NCBI GenBank assembly: GCA_026770705.1
Contig: JANJGN010000035.1
Span: 7,688,001 to 7,752,000, forward strand
Reading direction: 5' to 3'
Source: Isurus oxyrinchus
Lineage: Eukaryota
DNA: 64,000 nucleotides
Shown here: piece after piece, positions 13,045 to 25,079 of the stretch
Layout of the letters: every line of letters begins with the position of its first letter
How positions within the stretch are numbered: the first letter of the stretch is position 1
Program-made: the position numbers and the translations under genes
Notes under the pieces: model-generated
Databases searched by the model: none
Told to the model about the DNA's origin: nothing
What the model saw: the letters and a program-made list of their open reading frames with translations, nothing else

Positions 13045-14517
13045 TTTTTGGGACTCCATGTGACAAAGGAAATCATCTGCAGGAAGTTTGTTATTTGTTT
13101 CTTTTTTTGTAATAAATTCGAGGCCATATTTCAATTACAACACTCTGAGCACGATTCCATATGCAATACCGCATTTTGTCTTCTTGCAATCACAATAAAT
13201 TCATTCCTCGATTTTCCTTCATTTCAATGCTAGTCATTTATTTTGTCCTGGCATATGGTTTAATCATCTGATACATTTCAACTCGGTCATAACTTTCTAT
13301 TTGTGCCATGTTGAGCGTTTGATTGTTTTTGGCCGAAATTGATCACAACTGTCTATTCAGGACTTCCTCCGTGTGAGCAGCGCAAGTTTGTGTAAAGCCA
13401 AATAAGGATTGATGGGGCATTTAATGACTGAGGGGCAGTTTACAGAGGCCTGTAGGTGTACTCCGCCATATCTCCAGTTTGTGGAAAAGTGCTGACTCAT
13501 GATCCAACGAAAATTAAAAAGATTTTATCAGTTTAAAATTATTCTTCTGCTCCAATGCTGTGCCAGAAGCCATGTCCTTGGCAATTACAAGCCCCCTCAT
13601 GCCAGAAATCGCTCATATGTGTAATGTGACACGGCTGGCACCGTGAATAACTCAGTTGGAACTGGCTCAGAAACCCGGTGCTGTTGGAATTTCCCTGATG
13701 CACTGGCGAGCCTTCTGCCCATCTGTGAGACACCGGAACCCACAAACCACCACACTCACCACTCTTCCACACAGCAAATCTTTTTTTGTGCACAAACACA
13801 AACACATATAAACTCATCAGGTCTGATAACATCAGCGGATAAAAATACATTTAATGTTTCGAGTCCAAATGTCTCTTCATCAGAAGGAAGGTAAAAAAGA
13901 ATTGAATTAATATGTGTCCCGCTCTCCGTTAAACCAGCTTATCCTTCAAACCTGCTGAGATTTACCAGGTATTTTTGCTTTTGTTTTGTGTTATGTATGT
14001 CGATGAACTTTCTGTTTTTTTTTCCCTCTAAAGTATCCCACTTCATTTTTGCTTCTTTAATTTCAATTTGTCACTTGACTGCTCCAGCTGCCAATTTACA
14101 ATGACAACTTGAAAGTCAGTGTGTCACTTTTCATTGTTAACAATACAGCCAGTTCGGTCATTTTCAAAGTTTCCAATTGGTTTAAGTTTTGTTAATATGA
14201 ATTCCATGCAATTTCTTGGTTGCAGTAATCCCAGCACGCATCCATATGCAGCACTGAATTGCCCTTTCCGACATTTTGAATGAATGCATTTAACAATATT
14301 ACTTCCGGTCGATATTAGCCGTTATTTGTGTTCACGTAAATTCGTTTAGGTATCTGAAACATTTAAATTTGTTCATGAATTTTTATGTATTCTGCCTTGA
14401 GCTTTCCATTGTTTTAGTTCGTTTTTTACCACAGCAAGTAAGATATTTCGCTTCACTGTCCACTACTCCTTTCCAACAAATGCGGTCTATTGAACACAGA
14501 GCTGTGATTATAATCCC
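13045..14517 (-). pseudogene. Large pseudo-exon D (copy 2), truncated
   Basis: ctcttag acceptor then GIIITALCSIDRICWK...; two internal modules; interrupted by a Penelope-derived hairpin. Confidence 0.55.
13790..13990. mobile_element. Decayed Penelope-terminus inverted mini-element
   Basis: aactcatcaggtctg...gtttcgagtcc...cttcatcagaa followed by acctgctgagatttaccaggtattt, i.e. two opposed Penelope-like termini; absent from copy 1. Confidence 0.7.
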
Positions 14518-14699
14518 CTAAGAGATCAATGAAGGAATAACAAACTGAGCCACGATTAGATTTCTTGTATCCATGATAACAAGACAGCTGTTTTCATTTC
14601 AGGAATACTCGCCTTACATTTATGACAGTGGATTTGATAGATAAATTGAAATTGAGCTGCATTTCGAAAACGCCACAACGTTTGAAACAATGGGGCATA

Positions 14700-15160
14700 T
14701 AAGAACATGAAATAATTCAGATTAGGACCACATGTAGGGTTCTTGTCACCTTGACACAGTTCATCCATTAAGAGGATCATTGTTGATCTAATTTTAACAG
14801 CAGATTCACATTGCTGCCTACCCGCGTTATCATCTCACTCCCTTGCTTATCAAGATTCTATCTGCTTGGACAATTAAGATATCCAAAAACTCTGTCTCAA
14901 CCACTTCCTGATGAAGCTAAATCCAAAGCCTGACGCCATACAGAAAGAAAATGAAATAAATTAACTTCCATCTCTGTCTTAAATGATCGAACACATATTT
15001 TTTTAAACAACGGGGTCGAGATCTATATTTTCCACAAGAAACATTCTTTCGACACCCACCCTTTGAAACTCTGCTCAGGATTGTGTATGTTTCAATCGAG
15101 TAACCTCTTATTCTTGTGAAGTCCGCAGACAAAAGCTTAGCGATTCTAGACAAAAAATAT
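14700..15160 (-). mobile_element. CR1 3' end fragment in pseudogene intron (copy 2)
   Basis: Minus ORF RIRGYSIETYTILSRV matches CR1 R.RGDLIETYKIL; paralog of 7580-8030. Confidence 0.75.
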
Positions 15161-15275
15161 CTTGATAGACCATTTCAATTTTGAAAATAATTCTGAGATG
15201 CTTAATTAGCCAATAAATCTGCTCAGCACCATTCAATCCTATAGCACCTTGTCTCAGTTTAATTATTCAACTTAC

Positions 15276-15356
15276 ATTTGCTTGATTTAATATCTGGGTT
15301 AAGTAACACTGCCTCACTGCAATTCTTTTGACAAAATCAATGGCCTTCTACATGAC
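15276..15356 (-). pseudogene. Pseudo-exon C (copy 2)
   Basis: ttatag acceptor, gtaagt donor, 81 nt, VM*KAIDFVKRIAVRQCYLTQILNQAN. Confidence 0.75.
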
Positions 15357-15466
15357 CTATAACTGAACTCTTTAAAGGAAGTTAACTGTTTCATGGATAA
15401 TTGGCGATTGCCACAGCCTAGTTCACTTAATTTCAATAATTATACTCAATAGATTCTACAAATTAC

Positions 15467-15657
15467 CTTGCGCTACAGTACGTGATGCCAGCTTAAAATT
15501 TGCTGACTATAATAATGTCGTGCTTTCATCCGAAAACACACAATGGTAAAGCTCAGTCAGAGCATATGGTCGAAAACCCGACCTTCTGATTGTTCTTCAA
15601 AAGTCCCTTTTGACACAGATATCTGGTATAGATATTGCAGTGAATGATATGCAGGCC
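15467..15657 (-). pseudogene. Pseudo-exon B (copy 2)
   Basis: ttttgaag acceptor, gtaatt donor, 191 nt, GLHIIHCNIYTRYLC.../EEQSEGRVFDHML*LSFTIVCFRMKARHYYSQQILSWHHVL*RK. Confidence 0.7.
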
Positions 15658-15740
15658 CTTCAAAAATGAAATGCACTGATCATTTTGTTATCTTTTCTAT
15701 AAAGTATTCTACATTTTGGTGAACATAATGGCTATGTTAC

Positions 15741-16030
15741 CATTGTTTCTTGAATCTCCGATTCAGTTTGGAACAAATATGGAACGTGTTCGAAAATTGG
15801 AATAAGACACAGGCCTCACAGAAATATCATTGCTCATCGTAAATGTTGTTTATTACCATATTAGAACTGGACGCAGATAGCAAGGGGTAAAGTTCAATGC
15901 TGAATAATTTCAAGAAGAAGCACAAACAATTGGAGTTCGCAGTGAAATATCTTAATTGCCGAATTACATGTTATGAGCATTTTTAATTTTCGCTGCATCC
16001 TGCTGTTCAGACCAAGGGCAATTCAATTCT
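15741..16030 (-). pseudogene. Pseudo-exon A (copy 2)
   Basis: tttttcag acceptor, gtaac donor, 290 nt (1-nt deletion), RIELPLV*TAG...HVIRQLRYFTANSNCLCFFLKLFS...YLFQTESEIQETM. Confidence 0.65.
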
Positions 16031-16094
16031 CTGAAAAATTTAACAATTTCAGAGCTGGTAGAAATCTGCAGTGAGGAGGAAATTGAATGCACAT

Positions 16095-16796
16095 GGTCTA
16101 GATTTTATGCTCTCCTGCCAGGTTTTTTTAACGTTCGGCAATCGGCATAAATAGTTTCATTGGGGTTGCTATTGCATGCCCCCTTGATTCGAACTTGCAG
16201 CAATTTTAAGCTGCAATGAACTATAACCACAGCTGGATCTCTTACATGTCAAATTAGTGACTACTCCAGGGCAATTATCCGTCCTGTATCATTTCTTTGC
16301 CTGGCGGATGGAATTACCAGGTTTGGTGCAAATCCCATAATAACTGGATTTAGGCCTGGAGCGGAAATGGGTGAGATGGCTTGGAACAGAAGTTTTGCTT
16401 TTAACTGCAGCACCACTGGCGCTTCATGTCGGGTAGCCGCTGAACCTGCCTACTACACAGCCCGTGCACTGTCCACCCACACACCGAATCTCTCCCAGTC
16501 CTCCACTGAAAATATTGATTGAGGCTCCGAAACTAAGTTTTCCTGGAAAGCTGGGAGTTAGGATCCTGGTACCACATACAGTCCTGGCGATGTCAACTGC
16601 AACTTCATTGGCAGCTGGCCTCGAAGTTGGTGAGCCTGCCATTGCCCCATTGGGGCCTGGAAATCACCGTGCTGCTAACTAACGCTGAGTGCAGAACGAA
16701 ATGTCTGGGGAGCATATAGTTTCATTGAGAATGCGCTCACCATCAACTCTCCGGATGGTGCGAGGTGAAAACTCACCATGTATAAATCACTTTCCC
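16095..16796. mobile_element. Harbinger-type MITE (copy 2)
   Basis: Starts ggtctagattttatgc, ends tttccc followed by taa; homologous to 8953-9654. Confidence 0.55.
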
Positions 16797-18049
16797 TAAT
16801 GCAAAAAAAACAGTGGAGTGAAAAGGGCGTGGCAGAAAAATAAAACAAATCACCGTCAAACAGACCAGCTCCTCACAGACCATCACTGTAGCAATACAGT
16901 GTTGTGCTGTCCTTGACAATTGCGGATATGAGGCGGAGAGTGGGGCGGAGGTTCAGCGCTGAGAAGCCACATCGATCAGCATCTCCCACAGTCCTGACAA
17001 CGCCTGCAACGCATCATTGGCAGCTACCACGGCTGAGGTAAAGTGGTAAACCTGGGCCTGGAAGGTAATTCCGAGTTAAGGGAGCGTGTGGGTTTGCGAG
17101 CCTTCTGGAGACGGGGAGTGAAGGGGGAGTGGGTGGGCTCAAGATGGGTAGCGTGAATTAGGAACATTTTTCAGGCTAATGAGAGTGGGAGCTCACAATG
17201 GGATAACTCAAGGATCTGAACAGCGAGCTGCATTTCTTCCTTCCCTTTAATCAAATTCATTGCTGCTTCGGCAGCCTATTATTCAGAGCAATAGGATTGC
17301 AAGGCAGCCCAATACATGATAAGTTGACCAATTTGGAAGGATTGGCAGGCTACAAATTTCTGAACCCGCCCTCTGCATGTTTTATGCAGATGAGCTTAAC
17401 TGGCCCAAGAGTTTGGAATCGCATTGCGTCCCCAAACGCGGGCGTCTTTTGGCTCAGTGATCAGCCCACCAGCCCTGCCGAGCCCTTACATCAAGGAGAA
17501 AAGCATGGGCAGAAGTTTTAGTCATGCAGGACGCTGAGAGCGCGAAAGGATGGGATGCAAAATACGATGAGATGACACCCTGGGATCTTCCCGGCGTCAT
17601 CCCACATGCACACAACTTTCAGGTCTACTGTCACATGCAGAAATCGGAGCGGCGCCCGCTGTCAATTAAGAGGCCACTTAAGGCCAAAACAAAACATAAT
17701 TCTAGCCAATTTTACTTCATTCATCCCTTTTGCTACACATCTCTCAGGCTAAACAGGCTTCTCATATTTTGCAGAATATCATTCAAGGACTGAGTAAAAT
17801 GAGGAATAGCACCCCTGGTATGAGTACTGAGTAGCTCTGGAAATGGTTTGCTGCTTGCTTTTCTATTTGAAGTTGAAAGTTCACATGCGTTCTAAGCTTT
17901 ATTCCTTGCATTTAGAGGCTTCAACGTAGGACACAAATGTCTCTCATAAGCTCCCAGACGATATTGACAGTGTAGGCTATTCCTGCTACCAGGCTAATGT
18001 GACTTTGGTAATTGGGAATGTTGTCTCAACGTGTGGGACCTCTCCTGAG

Positions 18050-19234
18050 AAGGAAGAGAAGGTTAGAAGCATCTGCAGACCTCGTGCTCCGAAGAAGCTT
18101 ATGGGGGAAAGAACTTAGGGATGAGTGGCAATGACATAATTGGAGCAGTGCCAACAGATAGTCCAAGGCTGAAGGGGCAGCAGAGGATGCGACTACACAT
18201 TTGTCTTGTTTTACAGCAATGCATCAACGCCAATATGTCTGGACTGGAAATATGAAGAGGCTCCGCCCTCCAGGGACAGCTTGACCTCTATTTGGCCGAT
18301 GATTGGGCCTGAGGTAACCTTTAACTGTCAGATCGAAAAACCCTGTGGATCTGATGGTCACAATGAGCAGCTACGTCAATGACTCCGGTTCCTTCCAGGG
18401 GCCATTGAGGTATCTTGGTGGAGTGTTCCAGGCATCTGACCACAGTTGTTTCAAACTGGCGGCAGGACTTCTGTTCAGGTGGGTAATGACATTTATTTAT
18501 TTCCTTACGGGCAAGGCCTACCAGGCTGAGCGAGCCAATGGCTTTGCAGTGATTGCTCGAATTCCCAACATCCTAGATTCAATCCAATGCACACGTGTGG
18601 CCATTAAGGCACCGACAGATCTGTCGAGTTTTTTGTCAACAGGGATGCATTCCCGTTGATTAACCTCCCGATAGCGTGCAGCCACACAGGACACTGGCTC
18701 TGCAAGTGACATCCGGAATCCTCGTATGACAGTTATATCCCGAGACATTGCCAGGTGCCAAGGTTGTTTTGTATTCCAGAATGACTTGATGCATGGATGC
18801 TGGTTGACATGCGCTATTCAGTTAGTTGGATTATGATGGCTCTGTCATTCAACAGCAAAGACAGAGCAGCGGTTTAGCAGGAGTCATGCCTCGACAAAGG
18901 GCGTGTTGCAGAGGATGATAGACCTTCTGAAGATGCACATTCAACGCCTGAATTGTTCAGGGGAACAAAACAATGTTCCTGACAGTTGCTGGCATTGATT
19001 GTGGCTGGATTCTGCTCCCTCCATAATCTGGAAATTGTAATGGGAGAGGGTGAGGGTGGTCAACCTGGCAAAATAGTATGTGTACGCAGCTCCACCGGCC
19101 ACAGTGGGTGAATCCAGTAGTGAGCTAAAGAAGGTGAACAGTTAGGAGAACTCTGAGAACATAGGGACAGAACTTGGTAACCTGAGGGTAAACTGATTTA
19201 TCCAAAACGCTTTAATCCAAAGTTTTTCAGCTAG
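18050..19234 (+). pseudogene. Harbinger DDE transposase, heavily decayed
   Basis: DSGSFQGP, QAERANGFAVIARIPNILDSIQCTRVAIKAP; ends like relic 1 (ALIQ..FS*). Confidence 0.88.
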
Positions 19235-19539
19235 GCTGCCAAAGATCTGCTTCTGCGTAATTCCACGTCTGCTGCCTTTATCCCACATGTCTGAAAATGC
19301 CTTTTCATTTGAATCTGAAGTCCAATCAATCCTCTTGACAGGCTGAAGCATTATGTCTTGGCGTACACTGCACCAAAACAGGAACAATGGTGAAAATTAC
19401 TCACACTATTGTGACAAACACAAAAGCTATCTCATTTTTGACAATGGAAAAAAAAATAACATTTATTCGTTGGTCTTCATTCCCACGTGAGTAACCATAA
19501 GCGAAACATTAGAGTAAGAGAATCAGCCTCTTATGCTTA

Positions 19540-22500
19540 TGAGGCTTTATCATTAAGTGTGCGAGTGCCACATTTTGGAACCATACTGCCACCTTGCTGG
19601 GAGCAGCATTGGAAGGAGCCTGTTGAATCCGCTAACTTGTTGGCCTTAATGGCCATGACGTTTGGCCTCAGGCCAAAAGAACCAAGGCTGTCGCCGTCTG
19701 GCAGGGAGCGGACATTGCCACGACTAACATCGCCCCAGTCACCACAAATTCATCAGATGCGAAAGTCACTGGCAGAGGGGCGGAAGAGCAGGTGATTACT
19801 CAGACTGCGCTAAGAGGCACCCAAGGAGATGACAATCAGCTCATGACGCCAACGTGGGGTCACTAATTGCAACGCTGGGCGCCACTGATGGGCGAGCACC
19901 TAGCATGGATACAGGTTGCCTCATGCATCCTCCACACTGGCGATCACCATCACCTGTGACAGGGCCTGCAGATCCGATTGCAAATCTAGGGTCCTGATGC
20001 AGCTTATCCATGAGTGATTGGACTCTCTGAATTGTGGAGGCATTCTGCTCGACATGCAGGGTCAACACAGTGCTCATGCTCTGCAAGGACTCCTCCACGA
20101 CAGAGGCCATGGCCCACCATACCCTCATGGATATATGCAAAACCTTCCTGCAAATCCCCCTGGAGATCCAGTATCTGCCGCCTAATGAATGGCCCCAGAA
20201 GCTCACAATCTCTCTTTGACTGATCATCGCCCTTGCCTCCAGCAGTCCTCTGTCTGCCTGTACCCTGGGCTCTGTATGCTTCCGCTGGCACTTCAAGCAA
20301 GTGCGAATTTCCCTGACCGCAGCGCACCAGCATTCTAGCCAAGTGTCCAAAGCCCATCAAGGTGATTGCATTTATCCTGATGCGGAGATCAGGTGTGACA
20401 CAAGTCCATCTGAAAACCCTGCGATCCCCTGGCATCAGTGGTGGCACTTCGGGATCGTGTGCTTGCCCCTGTGCTGGTGAACTAAAAGATTTGTCTAGAG
20501 AAATACAATGGAAGGTCAAGCAGCAAGAGAAAGCGTACGCTAGGCAGAAAGAACTGAGCAATGCAGATAACCAAGTCGAATATTGGAAGTGCAGGGAGAA
20601 ATAAAAAAAGAAGTAAGGAAATTAATGAGGTGGCATGAAAAATGATTAGCAAGTAAACTTAAAGATAACCGAAAGATGCTTTACCAATACATTACTGCTA
20701 AAAGTTAAGTTAAGCAATGAGTGGAAACTGTCAAAGATGATGATGGAAACTTGTTTGTATATGCAGAGGCGCTACGATGGTCCTTTAATGAATATCTTGT
20801 CTCCATGTTAACAACGCAAATGGAGAATGTAGAGATAGCATTCCAGGAGGAATACTGCGAGACATTGGATGGATTGTCATAAGGAGAGAGGAAGTACTGG
20901 GAGGGTTGAAATCTTTGAATGTTGATACGTCACGAGGGACGGATGTATTTTTTCAAAGGTTGAAGGAAGTCTGGCAGAAAATATCCGATGCTCTGAGGAT
21001 GATTTTCCAATATTCACTAGATAGAGGGGAGGTACTGGCAGAGTGGAGAAATGCAAATCTAGTTCTATTGTTAAAAATTGGGACAAAGAAAATTCTAAAC
21101 AATTACAGGCCAGTTAGTCTTTCATCAGTGCTGAGCAAGTTAGCAAAATTCAACCCTGAGGGATAGGATTAACTGTCATGTGGAAAGGCACGGGCTACTC
21201 AAGGACTGTCAGCATTGATTTGATAAAGAATGGTCTTGCCTCACGAATTGAATTGAATTATTTGATGAAATGTCTAGAAGGGTTGATGAAGGTAGGCTAG
21301 TGTATATTGTGTACAATGATACTACCAAGCCATTAGTCAAGGTCCCATATGGCAGATTGAACACGATTGTAAAAACAATTGGGGTTCAGTGCAGTGTGAC
21401 AAACTGTACAAATGTTTGGCATTGCAACAGGAAACAAAGTGTAATGGTCGATGGATGTGCTTGTGAACTGAAAGTTGTCTCAAATCGTGTTCCACAGGCC
21501 TCGGTTTCGGAAGCCTTGCTGTTTGTATTGCATATGAACCATGTACATGTGAACGTGGGGTCACGATTGGGAATGAGCAGATGTCACAAAGATTGGCCGA
21601 GTAGTGGATAGCTTCGAGGTTAGCCATGAACACCAAAACAATATAGATGAGTTAGTGGGGTGGGTGGTAAAGTGGCATGTATTTTTTTAACATAGGAAAG
21701 TGTGAGGTCATACATTTAGGGAGTACACACAATTACTAGGACTTCACAATAATGGGAATATATCAAGAGTGTTAGATGAGGTAAGAGATACTGCCGTACA
21801 AGTAGATAGGTCCTTGAACGCAGCAGTTCCATTAGGCAAGGTTGTAAAGAAGGCATATGGAATGTTCTGCTTCACTGGCAGGTTTATAGAAAATAAAATT
21901 AAGGATATAATGTTGGAATTGTACAAAACACTGGGGAGGCCACAACTGGACTATTGTGAGCAGATCTAGCCACCTCATTACAGGAATGCCGTAACATTTC
22001 TGGATAAAGTGCAGTGGAGGTTTGAAAGTATGTGGTCTGGGTTAGAACATTGGAGCTACGAGGAGGTTTTGGATAGGTTGGGTTTATTATCCTTGAGAAC
22101 AAAACAGGTGCAGAGGTGACCTGATTGATGTATACATAATTACGAGGGGAATAGATAGAGTTGACAGTATAATATTGTATCTGTTGGTGGAGAATTATGG
22201 AAAAAGCGAACCTAGATTCAATATAAGTGGCTGAAGGTGTATGGGGGATATGAGAAATATTTTTTGTTTACGCAGAGGGTAGTGGGTGTTTGGAATTCGC
22301 CGTCAAAGTTGGTGGTAGAGGCAAGAATGCTAAGCTCCATTAAAAAGTACCTGCATCTTCAGCTTAATTGCTTTAAGCTGCAGGGCTATGGACCGGGTCT
22401 TGGAAGGTGGTTTTAGAAATGGCACGCGGGGATCCTCGGGCAGGCATCCACAACATGGGTCGAATTTTCTCCTCATGTGCTGTATCCTTACGTGGGTTCT

Positions 22501-23400
22501 ATGATTCTATGGAGGAGAATACTATGTGATTAATATTAGCCATCATACTGTCACTGTGCATAGCCATGTGCCCTGGTGAGAAAATGGGAATATGCATCAA
22601 GTGTTATTGCCCTTCCGTGTTCAAATGCTGGGACAACACAAGAATGCTTGCACTATCCGAAACTCTCACGTTTGCGCACTGCACTGTAAATGGCTTCTAG
22701 CATTTCCCAGATCATTTCACCGAGGTGCATGTCATCTCCCCAGTTCCAAGGCATGCTGCTCTCAGCTGGTTAGGACAAGGAAATTTATGGGGCGTCGTCT
22801 CGTCCGTGTCTTTTCAGCACAGTAACGGGTCATCTCCTGCCCACTCACTACATTCAGCGTCATTGCAACTTGGCCAATTCTCCTGAGGAACACCTGGCAG
22901 AGCACATCCGTCTCATGGCCCTCGAATCGCAAGTCAGTAAGACCAAACAGCCAGCGCTCACTCACTTGGCCAGTTTTGGCATCATTAAGAGCTGACACTC
23001 AGACTCTAACACATCTCATTACCATGGCAGAGGCTGCTGGGTGGCCACCGCTTTAAATCTCACCATAACGATTCATGTAATCTCGATACTTATCTTCTGC
23101 ATGTGCAGCATGTTTGGTAATACTTCTGCATCAAAACAGCCATTTGTGCAGCAGGGTAGTCTGGCTGCTGAGCTGCTTTGATACATTATCCCAAGCTCAT
23201 TTTGCTTTGCGCAGTGGACTCCAATTTCCTTCTCTGTGGACAAGCCTGTTCCACCTGGCAGCCACCTTCTCCAGAAGGACGATGTGGCAATCCTAATTAA
23301 ACCACGTGGCCGAGTGCCAAAAGGAACTGCACTCCTGACTACGATTGCTTCATTGTTCGTGAGCAGAAAACATGGTCTACCTCAGAAGCCTTCAAAGGGC
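19540..23400 (-). pseudogene. Harbinger Myb/SANT-like DNA-binding gene, spliced and decayed
   Basis: 23090-23320: HSATWFN*DCHIVLLEKVAAR...AWDNVSKQLSS...W..*CR (Myb/SANT-like); 22740-22850: QEMTRYCAEKTRTRRRP.....LTS*EQHALELG; C-terminal exon 19540-20481. Confidence 0.75.
20490..22511 (+). mobile_element. 5'-truncated CR1 LINE nested in Harbinger relic 2
   Basis: EWRNANLVLLLK...NYRPVSLSSV, KVPYGRL, LELYKTLGRPQLDYC; ends gttctatgattctatg (CR1 octamer tail). Confidence 0.95.
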
Positions 23401-23924
23401 AACTGTGCTGCTTTTGACCCGGCTGCCCAAATGTCACCACCACCACCAGTCCCTTCACTCCCATTGGAAATCATCATTCATCCGTGGTGGCCCATAATTG
23501 GCCAGCCAGCTGGAAATCGCGCTGGGCTGTCTATTGCGTTTCAAGGCGTGTTTCCTCGCATTTTAAAGGTCTACCGGTCAAGCCTTCATGGTAAGGGTAA
23601 AATTTAAGCCTTATATTTGCGTTATTAATGCGTGCATTTTAGGGCCTCCTTCGGAGTACTTCAAGGCAGGAGTTTGGTTTTGATAAGGCAAGGATATAAA
23701 AAAGTGTTGTGTTCAGCTTAAAGCCTACCAGTCCACAGCCAGATGTCGCTCATGATATGGTGGTTGGGTAAGGCCACCTGAGTCCATAGTTGAAGTCCAC
23801 TCACGGGCATGATTATCTCGTTGTGGCAAATAACATGTAACGCTGGGGGAAAGCGCAAGGCTGGTCGTCAAAGCACAACTCTAAATGTTCAGCTGAACTA
23901 TTGTTCTACTGGGTAGGGGTAAAT

Positions 23925-24715
23925 TTGGCCTGTCCGCAAGAAAGACCCATACATTTCTTTCATTCGCATTTCAACACAATATCTGCTCTGATGCCCACAT
24001 AGTCATTCTTGGCCTGCTGCCTTTTCCATTGAGGTCCAAAGCAAAATAAAGTGATGGCACCTGATCTTAGGGCAATGCACTGGCTTACCATTTGGTGCAA
24101 CAAATTCAGACCATGAATTCTCTCCTTGGCTTTACCCCTTTTTAAAGTTCATGTTAATATGTTCTATTCTTTAAGTTAAATCATTTTGATTCATTTATTC
24201 ATTTTCTCTACTCTTTTTTTCTACACTTTTCCGCCTACCAATGCGCTCCCCCAACAGGATCATCCCCACATCCCCACCCACAACTCTGACGAATAGGGCC
24301 ACATTCAACGTTTTTTTAAATGAGTTATTTAAAATAGTGTTGGCGCATGTTCTGCTAAAAACATCATCTGTGTTCATCTTTATGCCATTATTAGCAGCTG
24401 CTTTAGTCTTCACCACTGCCATTGATACTCATTTTGTCTTGTATGCATGACATGAATGTCAATCGATGACCTTCCACCCTGTTTTTTTCTGCTCAACCAT
24501 CAACAACACCCCCATACCACATCCTACCACCGCCCCCCCCCCCCACCCCCCCCCCCCCCCCCCGCCCCCCCACTCCGAACCCTCCAGGAAAACAGTATTT
24601 TGAATTATCTTCAGTCAGAATTAATCGTACGTGCTCGATTCATTAACTTTGTTTCTTTCTCCGCAGATGCTGTCAGACCTGCTGAGTTTTTTTCCAGAAC
24701 TTTCTGATTCTTACT
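23925..24715 (+). mobile_element. Penelope-like element 3' remnant
   Basis: Decayed GIY-YIG C-terminus (RKKDP...HFN...LGLL) and terminus ctccgcagatgctgtcagacctgctgag; poly-C 24530-24572. Confidence 0.75.
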
Positions 24716-25079
24716 TCCTATTAACAACATTCAAAACTTTTTTCTTTTTTTTAGAGTTTATACCTTGTTTGAGCGTTCACCTGACCCATCGGGGCAACTC
24801 TGGCCTTATTATTTCTGCACCTGCACTCGGGCTCTATAAAATAACATTAGTTAAAAACTGAGCGTTATGCAGTGGAGCCAATTTCCTTTACCACTATACT
24901 GTGTGTGACCAAGTAATTGCACCTGTTGCTGCTGGTATGATAAGGGCTGTTGGTTCATTAGACTGATGGCAGCTCTTCTTTGCGGCACTTGCCTGAAAAA
25001 AAACAAAAATATCTCATGCTGAAATGTACTGAACTAAAGTAAAGAAGAGCAATAAAATTCTGGAGCAGAAAACTGAAGA

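Larger units (their letters stand above)
13045..17445. repeat. Segmental tandem duplication, copy 2
   Basis: Same anchors in the same order and orientation as 5680-10140; clearly diverged, so old. Confidence 0.95.
17507..23610 (+). mobile_element. PIF/Harbinger DNA transposon relic 2, apparently full length, with nested CR1
   Basis: Ends gggcagaagtttta and taaaatttaagcc followed by tta; transposase (+) and spliced Myb/SANT gene (-); ~4.1 kb after removing the CR1. Confidence 0.85.

Noticed and set aside
14200-14300. Immunoglobulin V-type D-x-A-x-Y-x-C motif (IQNVGKG...AAYGCVL)
   Set aside because: Needs a frameshift, is not kept in the other three module copies, and there is no upstream Cys/Trp pattern or RSS.
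24456-24707. Polyproline ORF
   Set aside because: Translation of a poly-C tract in a Penelope 3' region.
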